Virus record (IMG/VR): IMGVR_UViG_3300048579_000065 | Strand: one strand, 5' to 3' | DNA length: 25,956 nt | From: a virus | Part shown: positions 16,708-25,642 of the stretch, in pieces | Layout of the letters: every line of letters starts with the position of its first letter | Numbering within the stretch: position 1 is the first letter of the stretch | The notes under the pieces: generated by a model | Databases searched by the model: none | What the model saw: only the letters and a program-made list of their open reading frames with translations | Told to the model about the DNA's origin: nothing | Position numbers and translations under genes: made by a program

Positions 16708-18231
16708 TTACCGATACCATTTGAGTTCTTCAGGAGTCCAAATCCTTACTTCAAGATCATCGTTATATCTCTTGATCATTGATTTTGTTGGCTTTCCAAT
16801 AGCCTTAGCCACATCAGATTGAGTATTCATGTCTCCAATGTAAGCATCACCTTCAGGACCGTCTAAGGATTCCCATCTCATTACTCTTGTCCTGAACTCA
16901 TTTACAGTTATAATCTTAGTTTTAGTTTGAGCTATAGCTAAGGCAAACATAGCAGCGGCCTTGCTTATGGCTCCAAATTCACCTCTTGCACTTAAGTAAA
17001 TTCCATCAAATCCAGCTTCAGCTAGTTTTTTATTAAGGTAATCAAATGTTAGCCCTGAAGTATAATACATCTCATTGTCAAAACTTAGACTAATAGAGTC
17101 AAACACTTCAGCTTCATTCTTGTATTGACTTCCTCGGCTAAGACCAATTCTTTCAGGATTGACTCCAAACATAGTAGCCGTCCTGATACCTATAATCTCA
17201 TTAAGATTCTTATAGGCCATATCCATTTCACCAACCTTATTAAGGTCATAGAACTTTTCTAGGAAAGGTGCTACTGCTAGCTGGCCAGCTCCACGTACAC
17301 CTCCAAATCTCCTATCATAAAACTTAGTAAGTTGCTCGGCTAAGTCCATATAAGACTTATCATTAACTACTTGCTTCTCACTATTAAGACTTCTGAGAGC
17401 TAGCAAGCCTCTCATCATCCCACCTTTCTGCATAACAGTATTCTGATAAATACTAGAATGCATTGCAGCCTCTACATCTACAATGACAGGGCTAAGTGCA
17501 GGAGTGCCCATTACATTAGTTCTACAACTATATGTATATACATGGTCTACCTGATCAGGGCTAAAACTAGACTGGCCATGTTGTAGGTAGTATTCCCACC
17601 TTACAATCTCATCTTTTTCTCTGTTAATGACAGGTTGAAGATTTTCCATTACAAATAAGAAAAGCTTATCTTGTCCTTTCTTTCTTTCAGGATAGGCAAC
17701 CATGTTACCAAAAGTTGCTATTGTATCTCTAATCTTATTTATGAAATACTTAGCATCTCTTCCATTAGTAGAAAGATTATCAAGATAATCTAAGGCCTCT
17801 CTTAATCTCTTAGGATTTTGTTTAGACTCAGATTTAAGTACAAAACCATCTCTATCAACTTCCTTCCAAAGCTCACGTCTAGATTTCCAGGCGGCCCAGT
17901 AGTTCTCACTTACAAAGGCTGCTACTTGAAATGGATTAGGATAAAGCCTTCTCAGTACAGATCCTGCTTGTTGAAAGCCCATCAAGTCTCTTGGGCTAAG
18001 AGTAGTGGATGAAGGAAAACTTTTCTCTACATTCATCTGATCACATAAGTAATCATTAACTCTTTTAGCATCATCAGCTAGAAGTGACTGATCATACATC
18101 ATATCAGCACCCATCTCATGAAGTCTAGCAAAAGACCTTAAAGTGTCCCCATCAGCATTCTTGAATATATCAGGGGCATCCGGAATGTCCTTATAGCCCA
18201 ACAAACTATCTCCAGTGCTCCACTTTGACAT
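16708..18231 (-). CDS. Portal protein (HK97-like)
   Basis: TFGNM, MGTPAL, QKGGMMRGLL, GGVRGAG, DMAY, MFGVNPERIG, ITVNEFR. Confidence 0.9.
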   Translation of the reverse strand: MSKWSTGDSLLGYKDIPDAPDIFKNADGDTLRSFARLHEMGADMMYDQSLLADDAKRVNDYLCDQMNVEKSFPSSTTLSPRDLMGFQQAGSVLRRLYPNPFQVAAFVSENYWAAWKSRRELWKEVDRDGFVLKSESKQNPKRLREALDYLDNLSTNGRDAKYFINKIRDTIATFGNMVAYPERKKGQDKLFLFVMENLQPVINREKDEIVRWEYYLQHGQSSFSPDQVDHVYTYSCRTNVMGTPALSPVIVDVEAAMHSSIYQNTVMQKGGMMRGLLALRSLNSEKQVVNDKSYMDLAEQLTKFYDRRFGGVRGAGQLAVAPFLEKFYDLNKVGEMDMAYKNLNEIIGIRTATMFGVNPERIGLSRGSQYKNEAEVFDSISLSFDNEMYYTSGLTFDYLNKKLAEAGFDGIYLSARGEFGAISKAAAMFALAIAQTKTKIITVNEFRTRVMRWESLDGPEGDAYIGDMNTQSDVAKAIGKPTKSMIKRYNDDLEVRIWTPEELKWYR

Positions 18232-18261
18232 TAAATAAGATTCCTTAGCAATTCAAACCTA

Positions 18262-18270
18262 AGTTTATCC
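18262..18270 (-). promoter_or_regulatory. Putative late promoter motif GGATAAACT
   Basis: GGATAAACTTA is identical to the sequence upstream of TerS; 30 nt before the portal ATG. Confidence 0.6.
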
Positions 18271-18274
18271 TAAG

Positions 18275-18307
18275 ATACAAATAGACTCCCTATTTCTAGA
18301 GAGCCTA
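18275..18307 (-). terminator. Intrinsic terminator
   Basis: UAGGCUCUCUA-GAAA-UAGGGAGUCUA, an 11-bp stem with GNRA loop, followed by a short UUUGU tract. Confidence 0.65.
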
Positions 18308-18333
18308 CTTGCTGGAGAGCACCCGGAGAAAAC

Positions 18334-18846
18334 TTAGTTACCTGATGTTAGACCAAAAGTTCCTGTACCACTTGATCCATCTGGACCATAGTGAGTAGAG
18401 TTAACTACGCCACCAGCGTTGGCCATTACACCACTCAAGAGATCTTCAGGGCTTAGGATTCTATTCAAGCAAAGAAGTACAAGCTGAGTAGGAGCAAGAC
18501 TTACACCAGAGTTATTAGTGATTCTAAGCTTCAGGTACTTGTTAGTAGAGCTTGAATCACCTACCAAGTAGTTCTTTACAGAAGCTGTGGTAGAAGTAGT
18601 GAGTGTAGCTGTTGGGCTAGCAAAGTCAGGTGATCCACTTGTTGAATAGATTGACATCTGAACAAGAGTTGAACCACATGGCATTTGGACAAGAGCAATA
18701 TTTGTGCCTGGATTAGGAATTGTAATTTCATTAGATGTGGCTGCTGTGCCAGTGCTAATGTTTACACCTACTGGAAGGTTTAAGTCCGAAGAACCTGATA
18801 GGACAAGGTTTCCTACTAAGTCTTGCCTTGAAGTTGGTAGTGACAT
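18334..18846 (-). CDS. Putative head decoration/cement protein
   Basis: Ser/Thr-rich beta protein with KYLKLRIT; has its own promoter motif, AGGAG SD and terminator. Confidence 0.55.
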   Translation of the reverse strand: MSLPTSRQDLVGNLVLSGSSDLNLPVGVNISTGTAATSNEITIPNPGTNIALVQMPCGSTLVQMSIYSTSGSPDFASPTATLTTSTTASVKNYLVGDSSSTNKYLKLRITNNSGVSLAPTQLVLLCLNRILSPEDLLSGVMANAGGVVNSTHYGPDGSSGTGTFGLTSGN

Positions 18847-18873
18847 CTAAATTCTCCTAAAGTAAACCTTAAA

Positions 18874-18918
18874 CTATCTAACATAAGATATTCTATCTAA
18901 AGAAATAAAGTACTATCT
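18874..18918 (-). promoter_or_regulatory. Putative late promoter AGATAGAAT (18890-18898) within three AGATAG copies
   Basis: AGATAG at 18874-79, 18893-98 and 18913-18, spaced 19-20 bp. Confidence 0.55.
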
Positions 18919-21426
18919 TCAGTCATAGAACCCTCTAAAAAAATTCTCGTCTAATTGATTTTCATCATCGAAGCTAGCCCCCATACCTTGTAATTGATCA
19001 AGAAAGCTAGGATTGTTCTCATCCTCTGCTATATATAGTATAGGATTGTCCTTTTTCTTTTCTTCCTCAGACTTATACTTAGTCTCTACAAGGTTATTAT
19101 TTTGAAGTTTATAGGAAGTTTCACCTGGAACTGAGAAGAAAAGATTTCTATCTATCTTCTTAATAATAGGTAGCCTTTGGTATAGGTAGTATGTTAGCCC
19201 ATCTCCAGGATGAGATACAAACTGGACTGACTTATATACATCTTCTGGATAAATCACCTTAGTTGTCCGCCTGGCATATTCATCTATATTAGCTTTATCT
19301 AATCTTTGTCCAGATTTGTCTAGCTTGATATCTCTTATTGATGTTACTGTGTACTCACACTTCTTATTAATATAACAAGTTATGTGATTAGTGTTATCTT
19401 TGAATAACCAGTTAGCATTGTTTAGGCGATCAAGTAATGGAATACTTCTCTCATTACTCTGATCAACCATCATTTTGACTTTATAGCCAGCCTTGTCTAA
19501 TATGTCATGAATAATCTGAAACTTAGTCTTCTCAAGGGGGCTAGTATTTTTAGTAGTAGCTGTTGGATCTCCCCATAGGTAGACTGTTTTCCTGAAATCA
19601 GGAAATTTCTTCATAAGATACTCGGCTGTATGTTCAGGCCCGGCTCCTCGATTCCTCTTAAACTCTTCCTTAGTCATGTTAGGACCAAACTTCTCTAAGA
19701 TTTCTCTTATGTCAAAGAGGATAATCTCATCTATACAATCAATCCTTACAATCTCACCTCTTGAGTCTAAGGTTTCCTGTACTACACAGGAGCAGGCTGG
19801 ACGTTTATTAAAGTCTAAACAGAGGTGTAAGTCTTTAGAAGGATCAAACTCAACATCAATTGTATTAATATTAAGTAGACTAAAGCTATTATAAGCATTA
19901 TTGGAGTTAAGCTCCATAGGTGTGCCTCTAGCATACAAGGCAGCAACATTAGAATCTGAAGATCCTACAATCGTTTGAAGGTAGTCAGCTCGGATGTGTG
20001 CATTACTTGCAGCATCAGAGAACATAAGTCTCCAATAGTATTGATTACCTGGACAGACTAAATCGTGATCAACTCCATGCTTATCCTTAATCTTATAAAA
20101 GTCTCGCCTAGCTCTCTTACCTGTAACCTTTATAAAGGCACAGTCAGGATTAGTGCAGGTATGATTTTCGTCCCATGGCCATTCACCTAGAGAAGGTTTA
20201 GCATTTAAGCATTTCTGACAAAACTGACAAGTGCAAGGATTACCTATTGGAGTTTTTGGCTTACCTTCCCATGATGTTAAGTATTGATTAACATTCCATT
20301 TAGGATATATCCAGTGGCTAGTAGATTCAGGAGGATTAGTAGTACAGAATAGATGAGATACAGGAAGGATTGTTCCTCTTAGTCGTCTAGGAGCCTCATC
20401 AATAATTGAAGAATCTAAAAATTGAGAGATTTCCTCAAGGTGCATCCAATCTTTATTTCTACCTCTTACACGTTCCCAATCTAATACTTGGAAAAATTCA
20501 ATTTCAGACCATATAGCTCCTGGATAAGGCTCTATTTTTAGTTCTTTACAGTGTGCTGATGTTAGTGAAGGACTGCATTTAACACATGGATGATCAAAAG
20601 GTGCTCTTATTGAGAGTAGTGATTGCCACTGGCTTATAACATTAGCTCTTAAGTCTCCATAGACCGCACCCCCCACTAGGCCTTTAGTTCCAGGATATAG
20701 GAATGTGTATTCCATCCCAAGACCCACACTATGACTGGTTTTCCCAGAATTATGAGAAACAATTAATGTATCTAAAAGGTAAAGTTGATCTCCATCTATC
20801 TCAAATCCGAAGTAGTCACCTCTTTCTAATTCTTCAATCTTAAAGTCTAGTAGTTCTCTTTTACCATCTGGAAAAGTCTTGTATAGCTTTAAGATCCATT
20901 TAGTCCACAGAGGGCACTTTACAAAGGTTGTAATAGAGATGTTTCTAGGTTCTAAGTCCCATTCAGCCCTGAGACTTAATATATGTTTACTGTCACAAAT
21001 GAAAGGTTTTTCATTTTCAGGAGTTACTTTATAGAGTTGTCCTCTACCTCTCTTTAGACTTATTACATTTCTAGGCCCATAGTCTGGACCCATAATCTGG
21101 TCACCAACCTTAATGTCTTGAACCATTCTAATAGATTTGTCATACATTAAGATAGGAGTATCTAGCCCATGGCAGCCTGTGCCACCCCATAATAAGTCAC
21201 CTACAAACCTATGTGAAGGTATTCCACCATGAATAAATTCAGATTGAATATTCTCATAAGCTTCAGGCTCACAGAATCTTTCTCTCACATCCCAATTATT
21301 AATTAGTACTGGAAGAAAGTCATCACTAGCTCCATACCTAACATCTTGTCCGGGATTAGGCCAGCATTTGATGCCTTTGGCCCAAATATCCCGAATTTCT
21401 TTTGGAGTCCATTTAGTCCTGCCCAT
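18919..21426 (-). CDS. terL: Terminase large subunit (intein-containing)
   Basis: Walker A GGTG|SGKT, Walker B WMHLEE, CTTNPP coupling motif, nuclease LCLDFN, WGDPT, SHPGDGLTY. Confidence 0.95.
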   Translation of the reverse strand: MGRTKWTPKEIRDIWAKGIKCWPNPGQDVRYGASDDFLPVLINNWDVRERFCEPEAYENIQSEFIHGGIPSHRFVGDLLWGGTGCHGLDTPILMYDKSIRMVQDIKVGDQIMGPDYGPRNVISLKRGRGQLYKVTPENEKPFICDSKHILSLRAEWDLEPRNISITTFVKCPLWTKWILKLYKTFPDGKRELLDFKIEELERGDYFGFEIDGDQLYLLDTLIVSHNSGKTSHSVGLGMEYTFLYPGTKGLVGGAVYGDLRANVISQWQSLLSIRAPFDHPCVKCSPSLTSAHCKELKIEPYPGAIWSEIEFFQVLDWERVRGRNKDWMHLEEISQFLDSSIIDEAPRRLRGTILPVSHLFCTTNPPESTSHWIYPKWNVNQYLTSWEGKPKTPIGNPCTCQFCQKCLNAKPSLGEWPWDENHTCTNPDCAFIKVTGKRARRDFYKIKDKHGVDHDLVCPGNQYYWRLMFSDAASNAHIRADYLQTIVGSSDSNVAALYARGTPMELNSNNAYNSFSLLNINTIDVEFDPSKDLHLCLDFNKRPACSCVVQETLDSRGEIVRIDCIDEIILFDIREILEKFGPNMTKEEFKRNRGAGPEHTAEYLMKKFPDFRKTVYLWGDPTATTKNTSPLEKTKFQIIHDILDKAGYKVKMMVDQSNERSIPLLDRLNNANWLFKDNTNHITCYINKKCEYTVTSIRDIKLDKSGQRLDKANIDEYARRTTKVIYPEDVYKSVQFVSHPGDGLTYYLYQRLPIIKKIDRNLFFSVPGETSYKLQNNNLVETKYKSEEEKKKDNPILYIAEDENNPSFLDQLQGMGASFDDENQLDENFFRGFYD
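20749..21174 (-). mobile_element. Mini-intein (142 aa, no endonuclease)
   Basis: Cys1 block A CHGLDTPILM, block B CDSKHIL, block F YFGFEID, terminal HN then Ser+1. Confidence 0.93.
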
Positions 21427-22000
21427 CCTCTACCACTTCCCCATCTATTGGATGAGTTTCCACTAACAACTTTTGATCTTCACTGTCATATCCTGTAAAC
21501 ACTGTTACACAAGGAGTTCCAGCACCGTCTAGGACTGGATCAGATGATGTTATACCTCTTGAAAGCTTCTCTAGTCTAAGTTTCCTAGCAAAGAAGTCTT
21601 CCTTTTGAGCTAAATCTAATAGTTTACAAAGGTTAGCATGGTCAATACCTACCTTTTCTTTATAAGTAGTCTGTGGAGGTCTATCATCATCAAACTCTTT
21701 AGTAACAGGGCTAGAACCTAAAAACTTAGGTGTAATACAATCCATAATAGCCATTTGTATTATTTCTAGCCGGACTCTTGTGAATGAACAGGCTACAGCA
21801 TTATTGTCACTTAACTCTTTCTTGGCTATCTCTCTTATTTCATCTTCACAATTCTCTCTGATTTCATCAATATCTTCTCCATAGATAACATTGTCTATGT
21901 ACTTTTGTCTAAAATCTGCTAGAATCTTAACATCTGGTGTTCTTACAGCCAGAAGTGTCTTGATAAATTTAAGTTGATTTCTGGTATAGCTGCCAATCAT
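21413..22000 (-). CDS. Putative terminase small subunit
   Basis: Helical 195-aa ORF overlapping the TerL start; positional inference only. Confidence 0.6.
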   Translation of the reverse strand: MIGSYTRNQLKFIKTLLAVRTPDVKILADFRQKYIDNVIYGEDIDEIRENCEDEIREIAKKELSDNNAVACSFTRVRLEIIQMAIMDCITPKFLGSSPVTKEFDDDRPPQTTYKEKVGIDHANLCKLLDLAQKEDFFARKLRLEKLSRGITSSDPVLDGAGTPCVTVFTGYDSEDQKLLVETHPIDGEVVEDGQD

Positions 22001-22006
22001 TACATA

Positions 22007-22015
22007 AGTTTATCC
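22007..22015 (-). promoter_or_regulatory. Putative late promoter GGATAAACT (leaderless TerS)
   Basis: Only 6 nt between TAAACT and the ATG; no SD. Confidence 0.55.
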
Positions 22016-22046
22016 CAGTAAAATAAGTTAGGAGTTTTATTTAAGC

Positions 22047-22571
22047 ATGAGTGAGTATCTTCCACCTGTAAAACCAATATCACCAACACTTAAAGCTGAT
22101 TTGGAGAGGTTTTATCCAGAGGCTAGCCCGGCTGAGATTGAATCTTACATTGAAATGGTAAGGAACTATGATGCTGAATCATTACCTCCTACAAAAGAGA
22201 CTTTAGAATACAAGGATGTTGTTAGGCAGATTAAAGCACTTGAAGAAAGAAAAGAACCTCTCAGACTAAGAGTGCTAGAACAATATCATTGTTTGTCTCA
22301 TCAGCTTGGAAGTGTTAAGATTGTTAGCGCTCAAGGCACATCCTATAATACAAGTAAGCTTTATGATTGGGCTAAAGAAAACTTGAGTCCTGAAGACCTT
22401 GAGCTAATAACAATCAGGACTGTAGATGAGAAAAAGTTTAGTGTACTTATTCTAGATAACAAAGTAAACTCTAAGGACTTGCCGGAAGACATTTTTGTTG
22501 AGAAGAATAAGACATGGAAGGTGGAGTTAGATGACGCTAGAAAAGGAAGAAAGAAAACAACTAACACTTAA
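22047..22571 (+). CDS. Hypothetical protein, coiled-coil, possibly Gam-like/replication accessory
   Basis: AGGAG SD; coiled coil then LYDWAKEN...TVDEKKF pattern; function weakly inferred. Confidence 0.75.
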   Translation: MSEYLPPVKPISPTLKADLERFYPEASPAEIESYIEMVRNYDAESLPPTKETLEYKDVVRQIKALEERKEPLRLRVLEQYHCLSHQLGSVKIVSAQGTSYNTSKLYDWAKENLSPEDLELITIRTVDEKKFSVLILDNKVNSKDLPEDIFVEKNKTWKVELDDARKGRKKTTNT

Positions 22572-22668
22572 GAAGTGGTTAAGTGAGTACAAGAGAAAGT
22601 CTAAGCTAAACTTAGTTTGTGAGAGATATAGAAAGCATAGTAGGACAAGTAAACAATGTCCGAAATAA
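22531..22668 (+). CDS. Small basic protein (45 aa, MTLEKEERKQLTLKKWL...CPK), not in ORF track
   Basis: AAGGTGGAG SD; overlaps both neighbours and fills the gap. Confidence 0.55.
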   Translation: MTLEKEERKQLTLKKWLSEYKRKSKLNLVCERYRKHSRTSKQCPK

Positions 22669-25613
22669 AGATTCCACATGAATTTATAGAGGTTTTCCCT
22701 AAATTCATTAAGAAATATTTGCCTGGAAATGTGTCTAAGTTTGACATTCAAGGTGAAATACTTCCTTGCATTAAGTATCCTAATGGTAAGTTTGGCTACT
22801 TTGAACAGAAAAGGAAGCTGACTCAGACTGATTGGATGTTCCATTTCTTCTTATCTCCTAAAGTATCTAATGGTATGTTGAAGGCTAGCCTGAGTCTTAG
22901 TGGCCTAGCTGATGATGGAACTAGCCTGAAATGGATCTCTATTGATATTGATGACTCCTATCAGATGTCAGTATGGGAGACTAGACTACAGCCCCATTTA
23001 GATCTTATTGGTGTTGAATACTTCATTGAATGGGGTGGAGATGAGGTTGATGGAGAATTTAATCGTTGCCATGTGATGATCTTCTTTGAAGACATTGATT
23101 TAGCCACGGCTACAGAGTTTACTAGACAACTTTTCTTTAACATTGATGAGCCAATCTTTGCTAATGAAGTTGGTCACTTTACTAATCCTGATGGAACTGT
23201 AAGAACTACTGTAGATGGTAATTGGTTTGATGAGATCTTTCCTATCAATAAACCAAAGAATAAGATTAGGCCACCATTTGGCTATCATTGTAAGAAAGGA
23301 AGAGAAAGAAGATATCCTTGTGAATACAAAGGTGTTAGATTAGATACAGCTATCACAGTTATGCAAGGTGTAATAGATTGTAAATCTGTTACCTTAGATT
23401 TCATTAAAAACTATGTTAGTCCAGATGTTATGCAGAAGCTTGTATCCAAAATTAATTGGGCTGACAAGATAAGTAAACGTCTAAATAGACTTTTCTCCTT
23501 CTACTACTTACCGTACAAATTACGTTTACCTGTAGATAATATCCCATTAAAATTACAGCCTGTAGTAAGAAACTGTCCAGCAATAAATAAGCTGTTGTCT
23601 GACACTGTAGACAAAGACTTTATTGAAAAAACAGGAGACACACACCACTATGGTCAGCTAATGCTCAGAGGTGTTACAAAATACCTTGATGCTAGATACA
23701 AGACTGATGAAGGTGAAACCTTCTACAACTTCCTTAGAGAGAACTATAGATTCAGATCTGATGAGGATCATCAGCTAGAAAGGCTTGAGCATGAAGAAAA
23801 TCCTATTAGATACTTTGCTGGCTGTGAGAAATGGCACAAGAAGTTTGGTTTATGTGGTGATTGTAAGTTTTTAGAAAAGATTACTAGCCCCAGACAGTTT
23901 ATTGAAGGTAAAGTAATCAAGTCTGAATTTATTAGGCAAGTTCCATTAAGTAATGTTGATTGGCTAAGAGTTAATGATTTACCTAAAGAAAGACAAAAAT
24001 TAATAGAAGCAGTAATAGCCAAATCTTATGTTACTAAAAGCTTTAAGTATCCTCAAGGTTGTGGAAAGTCTGTAAGCATTGTCAGAGCTTCAATAGAAGA
24101 GTTGACTGGCATGGGCTTAAAGGTCATTGTAGCTGTAAATAGTACAGACCTGGCTTTGGAGTATAAGAAAGATTTAGGAGTCAAAGGTATCAATTCTTTT
24201 GTACTCTCTTCTCACAAGTCTACATTTGATCCTAAGAGAAAAGAAAGAGTTACTGACCTAGTTTGTCCTTTCTTTGATGAAATGCAAGAGATGGAGAAGC
24301 TAGGTGTCTCTAATAGCACAATCAAAGAAACCTTTTGTGCTAGCTGCCAACATAACTCAGGGTGTCCTTATCCAAGACAATACTCTGAGGTGCTAGATCC
24401 TATTCATCAAGTTGTTATTATCCAACATGCTCACTTCTCTTGTCAGGAAGTTATGTTTGATTTGATGAGTAAAGGCTTTAACATAATCTACATTGATGAA
24501 ACCTTTATTGAATCACTCTTTAAGTTTGTTCCTGTTAGCCTTCAAGACATAATAGCTTTAAGAGGTGCTGCTAAACAACATAATCAACCGTGGGCTGAAC
24601 AATTAGCAGATTGGTTATCTTGTAAAACAAGTCCAGGAGAAAGAATCAATCCTGATGAGACAGGCTTACTGTTAGTTAAGTCCTACTTTGACACAGTATT
24701 TCTTAAATGGACTGTTCCTGATTACATCCGATTGCACAATCAAAAGAGACTTGTCAATCCAGTGGCCGGAATTGAAGCTATATATGAAATTCCAAACCTT
24801 TCTGTTAAGGCTTTTACGGATGCTACAAATCCTACTGAACTTACAAGACACCTGACAGGGCTAGAAAATATTGAAGTGGTAGGAGAGAATGTTTTACTTG
24901 ACATTAAGGCAATACATCCTGATAATGAAATTATTCAAGTCTTAGATTTTAACTCAAGTGTCTCCTGGCTAGAAAATGAAGAGGTATTTAATTTAATACT
25001 AGAGAAGATAGCCAAGGATATTGAAGAAGATGACAGCAATAAAAGACATCTCATTACAGCCTACTTAAAGGACCATGGGCGAATTAAGACCTACTTTGAA
25101 GGTAATCATCCTACTCTACTTCCAAAAATTGAAATTTCGGCAATTACGAAAGGTGTGAATCGATATTCTGAATTTGATACTCAAACAATTTTGGCTAACA
25201 TCCTTTTTCTTGGAAAAGATTATTATCAAACTAAATACAAATATGTTCAGATTGCTAATTACCATAGGCTGAAGAAAGGATTGAAGCCAATTCCTAATCT
25301 TTATCCAGTTAATGTAGATGAAAAGAGTCAAATACCAATAACATGGGAAACAGTCTCAAGAGTTGTTAATGGTTCTCTATTAGAGTTTCCTCAATTCAAA
25401 GTACCTAAGCCAGCCAAGGGTGCTAATGAGTATGATGACAATTATTGGTTCCGGCTAATCTATGAAAAAACAGTTGGAGAGATTCAGCAGGCTATAAGAG
25501 TTCGGCTAACAAAAGATAAGCCAAGGAAGATCACAATACTCAACAATGTAGACCTGCCTAGCATAAACACAACTCAATATAAAACACTTGAGCAGTGGTT
25601 AACAGGACTATAA
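22656..25613 (+). CDS. AEP-type primase fused to Cys-rich domain and SF2-like helicase
   Basis: WISIDIDD, RCHVMIFF, KIRPPFGYH; NCPAI...GCEK..LCGDC; PQGCGKS, IIQHAH, IYIDE, FTDAT, EIQQAIRVR. Confidence 0.82.
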   Translation: MSEIKIPHEFIEVFPKFIKKYLPGNVSKFDIQGEILPCIKYPNGKFGYFEQKRKLTQTDWMFHFFLSPKVSNGMLKASLSLSGLADDGTSLKWISIDIDDSYQMSVWETRLQPHLDLIGVEYFIEWGGDEVDGEFNRCHVMIFFEDIDLATATEFTRQLFFNIDEPIFANEVGHFTNPDGTVRTTVDGNWFDEIFPINKPKNKIRPPFGYHCKKGRERRYPCEYKGVRLDTAITVMQGVIDCKSVTLDFIKNYVSPDVMQKLVSKINWADKISKRLNRLFSFYYLPYKLRLPVDNIPLKLQPVVRNCPAINKLLSDTVDKDFIEKTGDTHHYGQLMLRGVTKYLDARYKTDEGETFYNFLRENYRFRSDEDHQLERLEHEENPIRYFAGCEKWHKKFGLCGDCKFLEKITSPRQFIEGKVIKSEFIRQVPLSNVDWLRVNDLPKERQKLIEAVIAKSYVTKSFKYPQGCGKSVSIVRASIEELTGMGLKVIVAVNSTDLALEYKKDLGVKGINSFVLSSHKSTFDPKRKERVTDLVCPFFDEMQEMEKLGVSNSTIKETFCASCQHNSGCPYPRQYSEVLDPIHQVVIIQHAHFSCQEVMFDLMSKGFNIIYIDETFIESLFKFVPVSLQDIIALRGAAKQHNQPWAEQLADWLSCKTSPGERINPDETGLLLVKSYFDTVFLKWTVPDYIRLHNQKRLVNPVAGIEAIYEIPNLSVKAFTDATNPTELTRHLTGLENIEVVGENVLLDIKAIHPDNEIIQVLDFNSSVSWLENEEVFNLILEKIAKDIEEDDSNKRHLITAYLKDHGRIKTYFEGNHPTLLPKIEISAITKGVNRYSEFDTQTILANILFLGKDYYQTKYKYVQIANYHRLKKGLKPIPNLYPVNVDEKSQIPITWETVSRVVNGSLLEFPQFKVPKPAKGANEYDDNYWFRLIYEKTVGEIQQAIRVRLTKDKPRKITILNNVDLPSINTTQYKTLEQWLTGL

Positions 25614-25642
25614 TGAGTAAGATACCTCTCATTGTAGCATAA

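Noticed and set aside
1993-19894. Plus-strand ORFs within the leftward arm (e.g. 4364..4606, 10171..10473, 11321..11881, 15565..15852)
   Set aside because: Antisense shadows of well-supported minus-strand genes, with no motifs
22361-25331. Minus-strand ORFs within the rightward arm
   Set aside because: Antisense shadows of the replication genes
25613-25642. TAATG-coupled 9-codon ORF (MSKIPLIVA)
   Set aside because: Too short to support; may be chance or a gene remnant
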